NCBI GenBank assembly: GCA_038496445.1
Contig: JALMLS010000635.1
Span: forward strand, 1 to 64,000
Direction: 5' to 3'
Length of the DNA: 64,000 bases
Source: Trichosphaerium sp. ATCC 40318
Lineage: Eukaryota > Protista > Tubulinea
In this document: piece after piece, positions 49,364 through 61,009 of the stretch
Numbering within the stretch: position 1 is the first letter of the stretch
Layout of the letters: every line of letters starts with the position of its first letter
Program-made: the position numbers and the translations under genes
The notes under the pieces: model-generated
The model's database searches: none
What the model was told of the DNA's origin: nothing
Seen by the model: only the letters and a program-made list of their open reading frames with translations

Positions 49364-51374
49364 TTACTCATCAACTTCTTCAGGCTTATAATGCTTGTAA
49401 CTTTCTCGAATTAAGGTCCTGTTTACAGGAGTTCTTCTGTTTGGTTCATGTTTACTCTGACCATATCCTGACTCTTGATAAAACTGCTCACAATCAAATT
49501 TCCAAAAAGTAAAAAACTGTTGAACATGTTGTTCAAAATAGTCAAGTTCAGCGTGTGAAAACCGTCGTATCTTTAGATGAAGATTCATTAAAGCAGTATC
49601 AGCATCCAATGGTGTAGAAAAATGGCAGAGAGTCTTTGTGTAAAAAGTGTATGCAGTAGAACGATTGTACGGAACACCATCCTAAAAAAAAAAAACAAAT
49701 CAGAAGAAGAAAAAATACATCACTTTTATATCGCTTCAAATCACGTTTTAGGTAAAATCTAATTCCTTACTTAATACTCCAACATAGCAAAAACACCAAG
49801 CGATGTAGCTTTATTCAAACAATATGCGTTCAAAAGTGGTGTTTTTGTTTGAAAGGAGTTTAAGAAAAAAACAAGAAAAAAAAAGAGGTCTATCGAAAAG
49901 TAGACTTGAACTCATGATAACTGTTTTTGATGTTGATTATACATACCATTTTTTGCATTGCTAGTACCTTACAAGCCAATAAAGGCTTGGGAGCATACCC
50001 AAGAAGTTTTGTAAATATGTTATACGTTGTACGACATTTATCACGTTTCATTTCTGGAATCACTTTTAGAGCTCTATGAAACTTACCTTTATTAAGGTAT
50101 ATCGTTATTTTATGACCATAATGTTCTGAGTCTCTAGGAACACCAAGTTTTTTCATTTCAGATAAAAGCTCATCAACACCTTCGACATTGTTGAGTTGTG
50201 AATAAAGTCTGAATAAAATCATAAAAAGTTTGCTGTTTGGAGCGACACCTTGCTTCCTCATGTAATCATAGAACTCCAATACATTACCAGTTTTACCAAG
50301 CTTAAATAATATGTCCATTATAAGTGAGTATGTTGTAGCATTTGGTTCAAAATTAGGTGTTTGTGTTTGTCCATTTATTTCTTTACTTCTGAAATGCTGT
50401 GAAAAAAACGTTACAGCTGTATCGAACTGTTCTGCTTTTATATATGCTTCGAGTACTAGATTTAATGTATAAACAGTTGGCTCTATACCTAGGATATATA
50501 CCATATTAATATCACAAACAGTAAGGGAGTACGAATGACGAAAATAGAAGAAGAAAAAAAAAAGTTTCCTTTGCTTGACACGTTTTTCTGTTGCCACATT
50601 TTTTTCATTCTTCGCCTACCTTCTTTTCTCATATTACTGTACTCTGTTAATACTGTAGTATACTGGCCAGCTTTTAATCTTTTCTTCATTTTTGTAGCGT
50701 ATGTCACAGAATCACCCTTTACGTTGTTTGCCTAATGTCAGTGTTAGCCTTTTTTTTTTTCCTTTTTTTTCAGAATTCGCCGTTAAACGACTTTAAAGCC
50801 AACATAAAAACGTTTCAATACGCAAACATTATGTATATACGTATTACGCCACCAGAGAGTGGTTTCGGTCGTATTTTTTTTTTTGAATTCAAAATGAAAA
50901 AAAAATGCTCTAACGTTTGCCTTCATTTCGTTTGATATCGCCAATAGCTCTTCAAATGATGGAGCAAGATTCATCAATACATTGTAAACTGGCAAATCAT
51001 GCGCCAGCCCTTTTGGCTTTAACCAAGATTCTCGCTCTTGTTTTGCTAGTGCGTAGTTCTTCGAGCCTGTCATGGACCATGTCCAGTGTTTTACTGGTTC
51101 GTACTCTGGATCGTCTTTGTTCTCATAATAACGTTTCAAAATGACATCTATATGTATTAGCATAACAACGGGCGCTTTTGTTAAATTAAAGCGTTTTAGA
51201 AAATGTATCACAAATACGCGTTTTAATAGGCGCTGTAAAGTAATATGATTGTCAGTTACCTGATAAGCGTTGTTTTTTCTTTCTATGCACCGCAAATGAG
51301 CGTATTTGGTACCTGAGTTGTTGTACCGTCTGATAATGAATTTGAAGGTGGTTAGAACACACCGAGCGGTGCAT
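49364..51374 (-). CDS. Pentatricopeptide-repeat protein, probably mitochondrial
   Basis: PPR motifs HDLPVYNVLM, EPTVYTLNLVL, EPNATTYSLIMDILFK.G and MRKQGVAPNSKLF; basic N-terminal presequence. The 3' end may extend further. Confidence 0.85.
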
Positions 51375-51455
51375 GCTACGCAATACTCAAATTATTTCAA
51401 ATGACTTAATTACTACGATTGTTTCATTGTAAAACACTAGACAACGCCATAAACC

Positions 51456-52862
51456 ATGAGTAGAAACAGACCAGAGCTAAAAGCACCTCCTGAGCTTGTA
51501 CTTGCAGAGAACACTTTTTCTAATTTCTATGCTAATTCTTATGTAGTATTATGATGAAATGGAGGCTAAACGCTATTCTAGAAAGTAAGGAAACAAGTTT
51601 TAACAAAATTTTGTAATTAACTTTTACCAGCAACCATATGGTAGATGTACAACGCGGTCTTGCAGCCCGCTGTCTCGAGTTATTACACTTACCAGAGGAT
51701 ACAGGGCCATTGATGATTTTAGACGTTGGGTATTACTTTACAAATCATTATGAGCATCACTAGAGCGTAAATAACGCGTTTAATAGTTGTGGAAGTGGTT
51801 TATCAGGTGAAGTAATAGAAGAAGCTGGACACTTCATGATAGGCATGGATATTAGCCCAGCTATGCTTGGTAGGTTCCTTGTTAGCTATTTTCAACAAGA
51901 GTATCGAATTCTAACGCCCTAAAACAGAAATTGCAAGGCATAAAGAGTTTGAAGGCGATCTATTCCTCTGGGATATGGGACATGGTGTTTCTTTTCGTCC
52001 TGGAACGTTTGATGGCGTAATCAGGTAGCTTACAAAAAAACTCAAAAAAAAAAGTTGTCAAACTGACTGTTATTTGAAGCGTATCAGCTGTACAATGGTT
52101 ATGTAACTCCGACACTAAACACAACAAGATATCAAGGCGAATGAAAGCTTTTTTTGACTCCCTCTACGCGGGTAAGGACAAGAAAAAAAAAGCGCTTGTA
52201 GTCAACGTACTGTACCTAATATTATGCATATAGCCTTGAAACGTGGTGGTCGTGCTGCTCTACAATTTTACCCCCAAAACGCTCAACAAATTGAACTATT
52301 AACGCGGTTCGCAATGCAATCTGGTTTTACGGGTGGTGTAGTTGTAGATTACCCAAACAGTACAAAAGCAAAGAAATATTATATGTGTCTATTCGCTGGT
52401 CAACAAATACACCAACAGGGTGTTGCTCTTCCTCCAAGACCAAACTTGAGCCATGTACAAGTAGAATTCGAGAGGTACGAAGAATTTTTTTTGATTTTCG
52501 CTTTAAAACCCGTCATGTACGCCTTCATTTACCCATACGCCCCGATATAGAATATATCAGTGTTTTTAAAGGCGTACAGTTAATATTTATACATATCGCC
52601 CTTCACAGGGAGTCCTAGCTTAAAATCTTTTTTTTCTTTTTTTCTTCTTGTTTTTTTCTTGTTTTCTTTTGATTTGTTTCTGTCTTTGTATTTATTCTTT
52701 ATAAGGAGGCGTAAAGAGAGGCATAGTAGAAATAATAGAGCTGTTAAAGGATCAAGACAATGGATTAAGAATAAAAAACAAAGTTTACGTGCACAAGGAA
52801 AAGATGTTCGTCCAACTACAAGAAGGACAGGAAGACTTCGTAACAACAAAAAATTCTTCTAA
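51456..52862 (+). CDS. BUD23: 18S rRNA m7G methyltransferase BUD23/WBSCR22
   Basis: [77 protein letters not shown] and a C-terminal WIKNKK...GKDVRPT. Confidence 0.96.
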
Positions 52863-53314
52863 CAAATTTCAATATTCATCTTTGTGGACAAGATTTATTT
52901 CCATTTGAAAGCCGTAACTGTAAAATAAAAAACCTATTCATCGTGTACAGCTTATTGACAACCACGTAGACGCAACCACCTATACCTTATGTCTACGGTT
53001 AGGTGGCCACGTAAGCTCTACTCGCCGTGTCTCAAACGGTTGGTACTCTGATGGTATTCGCAGTGGCGGAAAGCAACCGTTTAAAGTTGAATGGAGGGTA
53101 ATAAAAAACACAGGTATGCACACTCTACGCGTATACCTTTGTTGTACAATACATTTTGGCTCTCAAAGAATTGTTAAGCACTTTTATCGTAGTAATACAT
53201 CACACAAGAAGAACAGTGCCTACTGGGCAAGCCTAAGACTAACGCGGTTGGTTTTGGACGAATTGTTGCGTTTATTACAATTATCTGAAACGGAAATTGA
53301 GTAGTTTGAGTCTT

Positions 53315-53602
53315 CTATTCTATCTCCATGTCGTAGCGAACGGTATGAGAAAGGTCGTCGCCATGCCACAATAAAAGTTCAACTATGAAAGGAGTTGGAG
53401 GTACGGGTCGGAATTCTGCGTAGCGTTGGCTGGTGTTATCGTCAAATCTTTCTCTTTCTGCATTTTCGAGCAAGCGTTTCTTTAGCTTTCTTCCATTAAG
53501 TCTTACGTCGAAGTCACTGTCGCCTTGGTATACGAATATAAGACTATCATCGTCTCTGAAGTACTTAATAATTCGAGTAGGGCCGTTGTAATATGTTGCC
53601 AT
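53315..53602 (-). CDS. Small intronless hypothetical protein, 95 aa
   Basis: ATG in ACAATGG context; GC-richer coding-like composition; no recognised motif. Confidence 0.45.
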   Translation of the reverse strand: MATYYNGPTRIIKYFRDDDSLIFVYQGDSDFDVRLNGRKLKKRLLENAERERFDDNTSQRYAEFRPVPPTPFIVELLLWHGDDLSHTVRYDMEIE

Positions 53603-54049
53603 TGTTGTTTAGGATAGATATATGGTGAAAAAGAAGAATTTGCTAGCCAAATCAGTCAAACAATATTGATTTTTAAAACTTCACAGAATGAACGTAAAAA
53701 GTAACAACATTGCTGTTTCACTCCCAATATCAATGTCAAATACTCTTTAAGATTATTCTAGATGTATGGTCAAGCTAGTATTATAGCCAAAAGAAAAACT
53801 GAAGCTTCTGGCTCTACTTATGCGAGTTTTGGTAGATAACTAAACTGTAATTGTTTCTTGGCGTGCTTGGTTTTAAATCGCTCAATGACGGTATACGACT
53901 AGTGATGTATGTGCAGCAGAAGAAGAATAAAATTATTGGTACAAAGCAAACTAAACACATGAATAAAAAGCAAGTAGGGTAGTTATATTTCTACAGCTTT
54001 TTTGTTGTGGTCAGCGTAAACCTTTTGTGTTCAATTATCTGGATATCTT

Positions 54050-54710
54050 CTATTGTGTGATTGTTGATACTATATGAATACTTGTTATACCTGTGAACCA
54101 AATATGTAGTCTCCAATCACGTTGTCTTCTTGTTAAGTTCATCACCTCAGAAGATCCACTACACTTGTTCGTTAGAGTAAGTCTATGACAGGCCAGATTA
54201 AGCTCAAGCTCTATGATTTCATCGCCTCTAAAAAGCGAATCTCCAACACTAAAGTGTTCCACAATACCGTTGTTTATTTGAGCTCTAAAATCATACCACC
54301 CATAGGACGTTGGATGGGCCAGAGAATTGAGTTCCTCCTCAGGAAGATCTCCTATAATTCCAACAAATAACTTTTGTGTTTTCAGTATTTCTATTGTCCA
54401 CGTGATAACGCCTTTCGAGAACTTCGATTTACCAACAAGCCACTCAGTTTTACCCCGTTTTTCATATTTTGCGCATCTATGAGCGTCTGAAAAGACACAA
54501 TTGTTGCTGCGACCACAAAAACTATCAGTAGAAGACATTTACCTGTTAATCGTTAGCATCGCAAAGAAACATGTTCAAATGCTCATATTTAGTTGTGTAC
54601 TTACGTTCAATTGCCTCAAACGGATTCCCTTTTGTGTGGTGCTGTTTCTATCGCTTTTATAGAATTTTCTTACACAGTACTGCCTCTGTAAATACGGTAA
54701 TGCGTTGGAG
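54050..54710 (-). CDS. SPRY/B30.2-like domain protein (5' end uncertain, possibly truncated)
   Basis: FSKGVITWTIEI...FVGII...SYGWY...GDEIIELELNL...LTL; intron at about 54544-54604. Confidence 0.6.
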
Positions 54711-55029
54711 ATGTATGTGCACCTTCTTTTTGTTTGCTGCAGATTCTTAAGTCAGAAAAGTTCAAAATCACAAAATTATCTGTTCTTTATCTCTCAGAGA
54801 CGTTAAAGCTTACCAACTAGTTTAAGCGGCAGGTACGTGTATCAGTTAATTATGTTACCTTTGCTATCTTTGTAGTCTAGCACTTTGTAGCATATCTACT
54901 CTTTTATTTTGATGCCTTTTCTGCAGAAAGATATGTGAACTGCTTTGCTTGATGAGACACTAAGATGCTCAGTATTTTCAGTTACATGTCAATTGTTTAA
55001 CCATTACACTACGCTATCATCAACCACAG

Positions 55030-55350
55030 GTAGAGAATTTTTGAAACAATAGACACTTTTCCTTCAGTAATAGTTGGGAATAAAGTTGATTTAGAAGAAG
55101 CAAGAGAAGTTACTAAAGAAGAAGGGGAAGAGCTTGGAAAGCATTACGGCATTCCTTTTTATGAGACATCAGCTAAAACAAATGAAAATGTTAAAGAAGC
55201 TTTTTATCAACTTGCACGAGAGATAAAGAAGCAAAGAGATTTAACCCCATCAAAACCTATTAAACAAAAGAGACGTTGTGCTATGATGTAAAAAAACAGT
55301 TGCTAGAGGGTTAAGTAGCTCTTCAGCAAGGCGGACAAAGAGTCACAATT
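55030..55350 (+). pseudogene. Orphan last exon plus 3' flank of the Ras gene (inverted copy of about 47697-47966)
   Basis: [11 protein letters not shown]...[10 protein letters not shown]...RRCAMM*; no upstream Ras exons are present. Confidence 0.85.
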
Positions 55351-55699
55351 TTTTGCTGCCAAATGTGCAAATCCTTGTATTGCGGTGTCCATTGACTTAG
55401 AAGAGGGCCATAGACCTTCACATACTTAATATTGTGGTTTACAAGTTTGCTTAGTGTGGACTTCAGTATTGCAAAGTTATTTTTATGTTTTATATGACTT
55501 GAGTTGTATTGAAGAATAAATTGTCACGGTAATTGTAATGTAAGTAGATTTATAATAAAACACTTAACTACAACCTCACACCTTTTCTTGTAATGTAAAT
55601 AAGATAAGAGTTTGAGTTAAACTGTCTAAGAACACCAATACCTGTGTCACATTCATCTCGGGCCAAAAGCATTTATTGACGCAACAGTCTTTCAGTGTT

Positions 55700-56400
55700 C
55701 AGTTGGAGTCAGCTATTAAGGTAGACAAGAATTGGCATGTGTCAACAGCGGTCCTTATCAAAAGACTTATCTCAGTTTGCTTGAAATAACAGTGGAAAAA
55801 TGATTCATGGCAAAGATAGAATTCGGATTGAATAGAAGATGCTTGATATCAACCTTTGCACATCCCAAAGATAGCTCGCTGTCAACGTCACCATTCATAG
55901 CTCTTTTCAATAACAAAGACTTGTAAATGCCCTCAGGGTGTTTATTAGGAATTCATACTTTGTTGGTTGGTTAAAACTCACATCCAAGCCAATCAGCTGC
56001 AGCACAAGCTGACTTCAAATTTGTTGGATCAAAGCTTTGTGATGTTCGTTTTGCTTCTATCACATCAATGATATCTAGAAGTGATGTCAGTATAGATATA
56101 ACTTGTATGAGCACTGTCAAAGAGTTACAAGGGTACCTAAAACATCTTTGTCGTTGAAATCAAGGCCAGGTTTGAGTACAAGTTCAGTTGAGTTGTTTTG
56201 TAACACAGAAACTTGGTTTTGAAGGAGTGGTATCAATGAGACTGTTTTATCGGATACTATTCTTGATGTTTTGCTCTCACCCTCGAATGTAACTACTTAC
56301 AGTCAGTTCTATATAACGCCCCTACACCTTTACACTTACTTGTATACATTTGTGGCTAATGGTAATAGATTGGTAACGTACTAAGATTATTTGACGGTCA
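55700..56400 (-). pseudogene. Degenerate gene remnant with a BTB/Skp1-like 'AAADWLGC' motif
   Basis: Spliceable fragments VSLIPLLQN...DPTNLKSACAAADWLGCEF followed by stop codons. Confidence 0.35.
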
Positions 56401-56883
56401 GCATAAGTTGCTCCAAAAAATCACGTGACAAGCAAGCATTGTAATCAATGGCGAGTGGAGCGCAAGGAAATTATTGTAGGGCAAATATCGTTTTGGTGAC
56501 AAATACTAACATCATCAAGACCCTGAAGCAGACAGTGAACGAAATTCTCACTCTTGATGTGTCACACTTTCAATTAAAAGTCTTCAGTGCAATAAAGCAC
56601 ACTGTGTTTACCATACTTAAGGTGTGACTCTAGTGAGGGCATTCTTGACATTGGTCTAAGAAAGATATAGAACAAGTTCCGATACTACCTCCAAGTGTAC
56701 AAAAATGTAAGATCTCAATGCGGCGTTTGTCAAACTAACACCACCAAATAATAAAGGAAAAGGCAAGCCATGTGTCGGCAACAATATTCGAACTTGAGTG
56801 GATATTTAAATAGTTTTCATTGAACCAATAAAATAGAAATACACCAAACTAGTCATAAATTCCTAAACGCTACACAGCTTCTT

Positions 56884-57679
56884 ATGGCAACTGAATGTAT
56901 TATTTCCCTATTGGGCAAAGGAGGAGTTGGGAAAACAGCTACAACACAACAATTCATTAAAAACGTTTTTCAGGCCGAATATGACCCTACCCTAGAAGAT
57001 GTGTACGTGTAGAGCTGTTGTGTACAACACATTGTTCAAAAAGTTGTAAACAAGCGTCAAACCATTAATAAACATCCAGATATCGTAAAGAAATCAATGT
57101 AGATGATGTAAATACTGTAATCGATGTTATAGACACAGCAGGAGTTGAAGATTGCGAGACGTATCAATCGCAATATCTTTTTAGGAACATTAAACAGGGT
57201 AACGGGTTTATTATAATGTACAGCATTACAGATAGAACCTCGTTTGAGTACCTACCAATCTTTTTTGAGAGGATTAGCAGGTGCGCAAGAGGCTATGTTG
57301 AGTGTCTTTATAAACCAATGCAAAGGTTCCAGTTGACATGAAGAATGATGAACCAAAACGGTTTTTTCTGATTTGTCACGTGATTTTTTTTTTTGGTTGT
57401 GATGCGACTTTCTAATTGATACACAGGGTCAAAGATCTGGACCCAATTCCACCTTCATATCCTATTATACTTGTTGGAAATAAAGTAGACTTGGAAAACG
57501 AAAGACAAGTGACAACAAAAGAAGGAAAAGAAGAGGCTAAGAAGTACAATTGTGTATTTTTTGAATCATCTGCTAAAACACGTGTCAATGTGGATCAAGC
57601 CTTTTTTCAGGTGGTTAGACAAATTCGTAAATATAACAGCTTAAGTGCCAAACAACAACGTGCATGTATTGTAATGTGA
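56884..57679 (+). CDS. Ras-family GTPase (CAAX = CIVM)
   Basis: Three exons: LLGKGGVGKT, EYDPTLEDVYRK, DTAGVED, GNKVDL, ESSAK, RACIVM*. Confidence 0.92.
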
Positions 57680-57835
57680 AAACCTATAAATGCGATTGCA
57701 AGTTCATTTTATAGCTACAACATTTATTCCGAAAGACGAGATAGCAACGGTCACTGTAGGGTGTCTACTGAAAATCTAATATACTAAAACGAACACAGCG
57801 CATCTGCGTCAACAACTGTGAGGTCCACTACTAAT

Positions 57836-58462
57836 ATGTATCTTCGGGGAAATTGTTTCGCATTTTACTTTGTCAAACCATCGAGTTATCGTTGCTCATC
57901 AAATGGTCAACGCCATGGCGAGTTCAAGGAGTGGTATAATAATGGTCTTCTACGAACCCATAGTTACTATGTGAATGATAAGCTACAAGGATAAGCAAGG
58001 AGTTTTACAACGGACGGTTGATGTCTTGTCAATATTATGCCAATGGTAAACGAGAAGGGAGTGTAAGGAGTGGTATGCCAAAGGTGTTTTACAAAAGCAC
58101 TGCTATTATACCAATGACAAATTGGAAGGTCGTTACAAGAAATACCACCAGAGTGGTCAAATACAAACGGACTATTACTATGTTAATGACAAGGAAGAAG
58201 GAGAACATAAGGAATGGTACAACACTGGACAGTTGAAGAAAAAGACGTATTATATCAACGGTAAAGAAGAAGGAGATGTAAGGAATGGTATATCAACGGA
58301 CAGTTAAAGAGTCAGACTTATTTCATCAAAGGAAAAGAAGAAGGAGAGTGTAATGAGTGGTACAATAATGGACAATTAAAACGCCATACCCAAAGGGCCA
58401 ATGGCCTTGTCAACGGAGTTTGTAAAACTTGGAAAAGAGATGGCAAGTTACTTGTATTCTGA
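57836..58462 (+). pseudogene. Frameshifted MORN-variant repeat pseudogene
   Basis: The repeats HGEFKEWYNNG, EGRYKKYHQSGQ and EGEHKEWYNTGQL are spread over different frames with stops. Confidence 0.85.
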
Positions 58463-58941
58463 AGTAATGGATCCGGCTTCAGTTCGTTTTCTCTAGCAAT
58501 GCTTATTCTACTGTAACCAATATGGGTGTGGACGATTCTGCGGAGAATCATTCCCGTATGTTTGTACAGAACACAGTGTCAACCTTGCTTGTTTGAAGAT
58601 ATGAACTATTATTTGGACTGAAGTGCTACAAGGTGGAATATATGCTGTCAGGTACTTCTTTGTCTTATATTCCAGTGAAACAAAATAACCAATTCTCATT
58701 CGTAAACTGCAACATGTAGTGTTTTGATAAAGACAAGAAATATGACTGCTTTTTTTTTGTCAAACTGTTTCGTTTGCAACAGATTTTGTTTAAATCAAAT
58801 CTTAGTTGTGCAATTATTTGTGAGCAGGAGGTATACAATAGGTGCTCTTGTGCTTATTGTAGCAGAAGTGCTACTATTCGATATTGTTCATAAGTAGCAC
58901 TGATTGTGAATGGAAATGTGATCAATTTATTAGGAGATGTA

Positions 58942-61009
58942 TTAAGGTGGTGATTTGAGTAAAATCAAGCCTGTGTGAGCAAGCATTGTAACCTTTTGAA
59001 CGTATTGTTTCTCAACTGGATCATATAACTCACTAGGTAGCTTAATGGGAGTGTCAGTAGTGTTCGTAGGATTTACAAGAATAGCGCCATTATCGAATAG
59101 CCTCATGTATGACACGTGTCCTGAGGAAAAATTAATAGTTTATTTGTTTTCTGAGAAAAGTTGAAGGCTCTCAAGTATCACTGTACCTTTAGGTTGATAG
59201 CCAGATATGTTGTCTGGTGTTTCTGTATGCATAGGAGTTCCTATATTCCAGGAATATCTTTCGTGTACATGTGCATATCGGTGCCCAGAAGCGTTTCGGT
59301 ACATGCAAGGAAGACCGAATCTCATTTTTTGCTTTGGGTGACTGGATGCTAAAAAAAAGTTGTTTAAATACGATTGTAGTAGACATGACTCAATGACATG
59401 TTATAAAGGTTACCTAGAAGAAATGTGGAATATCCAAATGTTTCTAGTCTATCCCTGTCCTTTGCTATCTCAAGAAAAGGTGATTTGCAACCAGCTTGAG
59501 ATATCATTGGAAAAGCTGCTACATCTTTTTGTGCTGCATCCATTGCGTTTTGGACGTTCCTCACCCAAGTCGTTACCGGTAGAAATGACCAAGATAAACT
59601 CGATATATTGCACCCGTTATGGAACGGATCTGTATTTAGCTCTGTACCCGAGAAGGCTTCCAAACTAAACCAAAGGTAAGCATTTGAAAAAAAAAGCTAT
59701 TTAAGCAATAGTATTTGTTTACCTGTATCCGTCAAGTGGTCTCACCGTACTGCCTTCTACTAGTATTCTGCAGTTTCCTTTTTCAGGAAACCAACATCCT
59801 AACAAAGATTAATCATTGGAAAGGTAGTAGTATTTGGCAAAACCTTCAGCGTTGTTTGCGAGAATTGTAGGGTAATGACCAAATTTCTGGTATAGTTGAT
59901 TCCAAATACTCTTTAATGCGTTCTGCTCAGCAAGTAAATGTGCATCAGGTGTATACGGGGATCCAGTTTTGAAGTTCCAGATGTCATCAAGTTTAACTTT
60001 TACATTATCAATCCTTACAGTGTTGTACATACCTAAGAAAAACATGAAATTGGCTGTAATTTTTTTAGAAAACATGAATTGTTTTGGAGAAACTCTGACA
60101 CTTGGGAGCCCAAGTGTTACTGATATTGCAACTATCAGGATAAAAACCTTTGATAACGATGTAAACCGTATCATAGATGTACACAATTCGAGAATATGGT
60201 TAAAATGAAGTTGTACATAAAACCGAGAAGAATCCGTACTTGAAGAAAAATCGTCATACCAAGAACCGTCATAGCCTTTCGATATTGAGCTTGATGTTGC
60301 ATTTACAAGAACTTGAGTATATGCTATCGCTTCAGGGTCTCTTTGATAATAAATAGGAGAGTCCTTTGAAAATCCTGGAACGCGTTCTGCAAAGTACAAA
60401 GGAGAAAATATAGTTGAATTTTCATTGTGCTTTGTTGGCTTTGTATCATCCAAACCACGTGTTACAACCAACTTTTTATCAAGTACTTTATTGATGCGCA
60501 TTATCTCATCTCCAACTCGTACAAATGTGACATACTCAGCGCCGTTTTTGCTGATGTCTCCAGGTATTGTACTAGCCTTTGGTAGGAGTTAAAAAAAAAC
60601 AAAGCAAAAAAGAGATGAAATACTGCGAACTTACCAAAAACTTTGCTGTATTTGACAAGTACTCAAAGTCGAGTGTGGTATCTGTAGTAGATATATCAAA
60701 AGATAACCTAGCGTTTGGAGTAAACGCTACTGATTTTCTAACGTTAATAGGTTCAATAGTATTTGCTGGACCTGTAACGGAATTAAAGTATTGTACTACT
60801 TTGAAATTGGGGTTAACTTTGTGAAAACCGTTTATTTGCTCTAAAGATGCAGCCATTTGCGCGAAACCAAAGTTGCTAGCGATAACATTGTAGTCTGAGT
60901 CCGTAAATCCAGTATTTATCGAGTTAATAGTGTATAAAGGATAAACCGTTTCACAACACGTGAAAGTAGTAAACGCCGCCAAGATAGCAAACACTAAAGC
61001 GACAGACAT
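58942..61009 (-). CDS. Secreted glycoside-hydrolase-like protein, copy 2 (inverted duplicate of 41393-43469)
   Basis: Near-identical exons and introns; frames remain open. Confidence 0.7.

Noticed and set aside
53034-53082. Hammerhead ribozyme (CTGATG...GAAA)
   Set aside because: The core is CTGATGG rather than CUGANGA, there is no room for stem I, and the base pair next to the cleavage triplet mismatches.
57345-57372. C/D box snoRNA (ATGATGA...CTGA) in a Ras intron
   Set aside because: The boxes are only about 16 nt apart with no terminal stem; too short to support.
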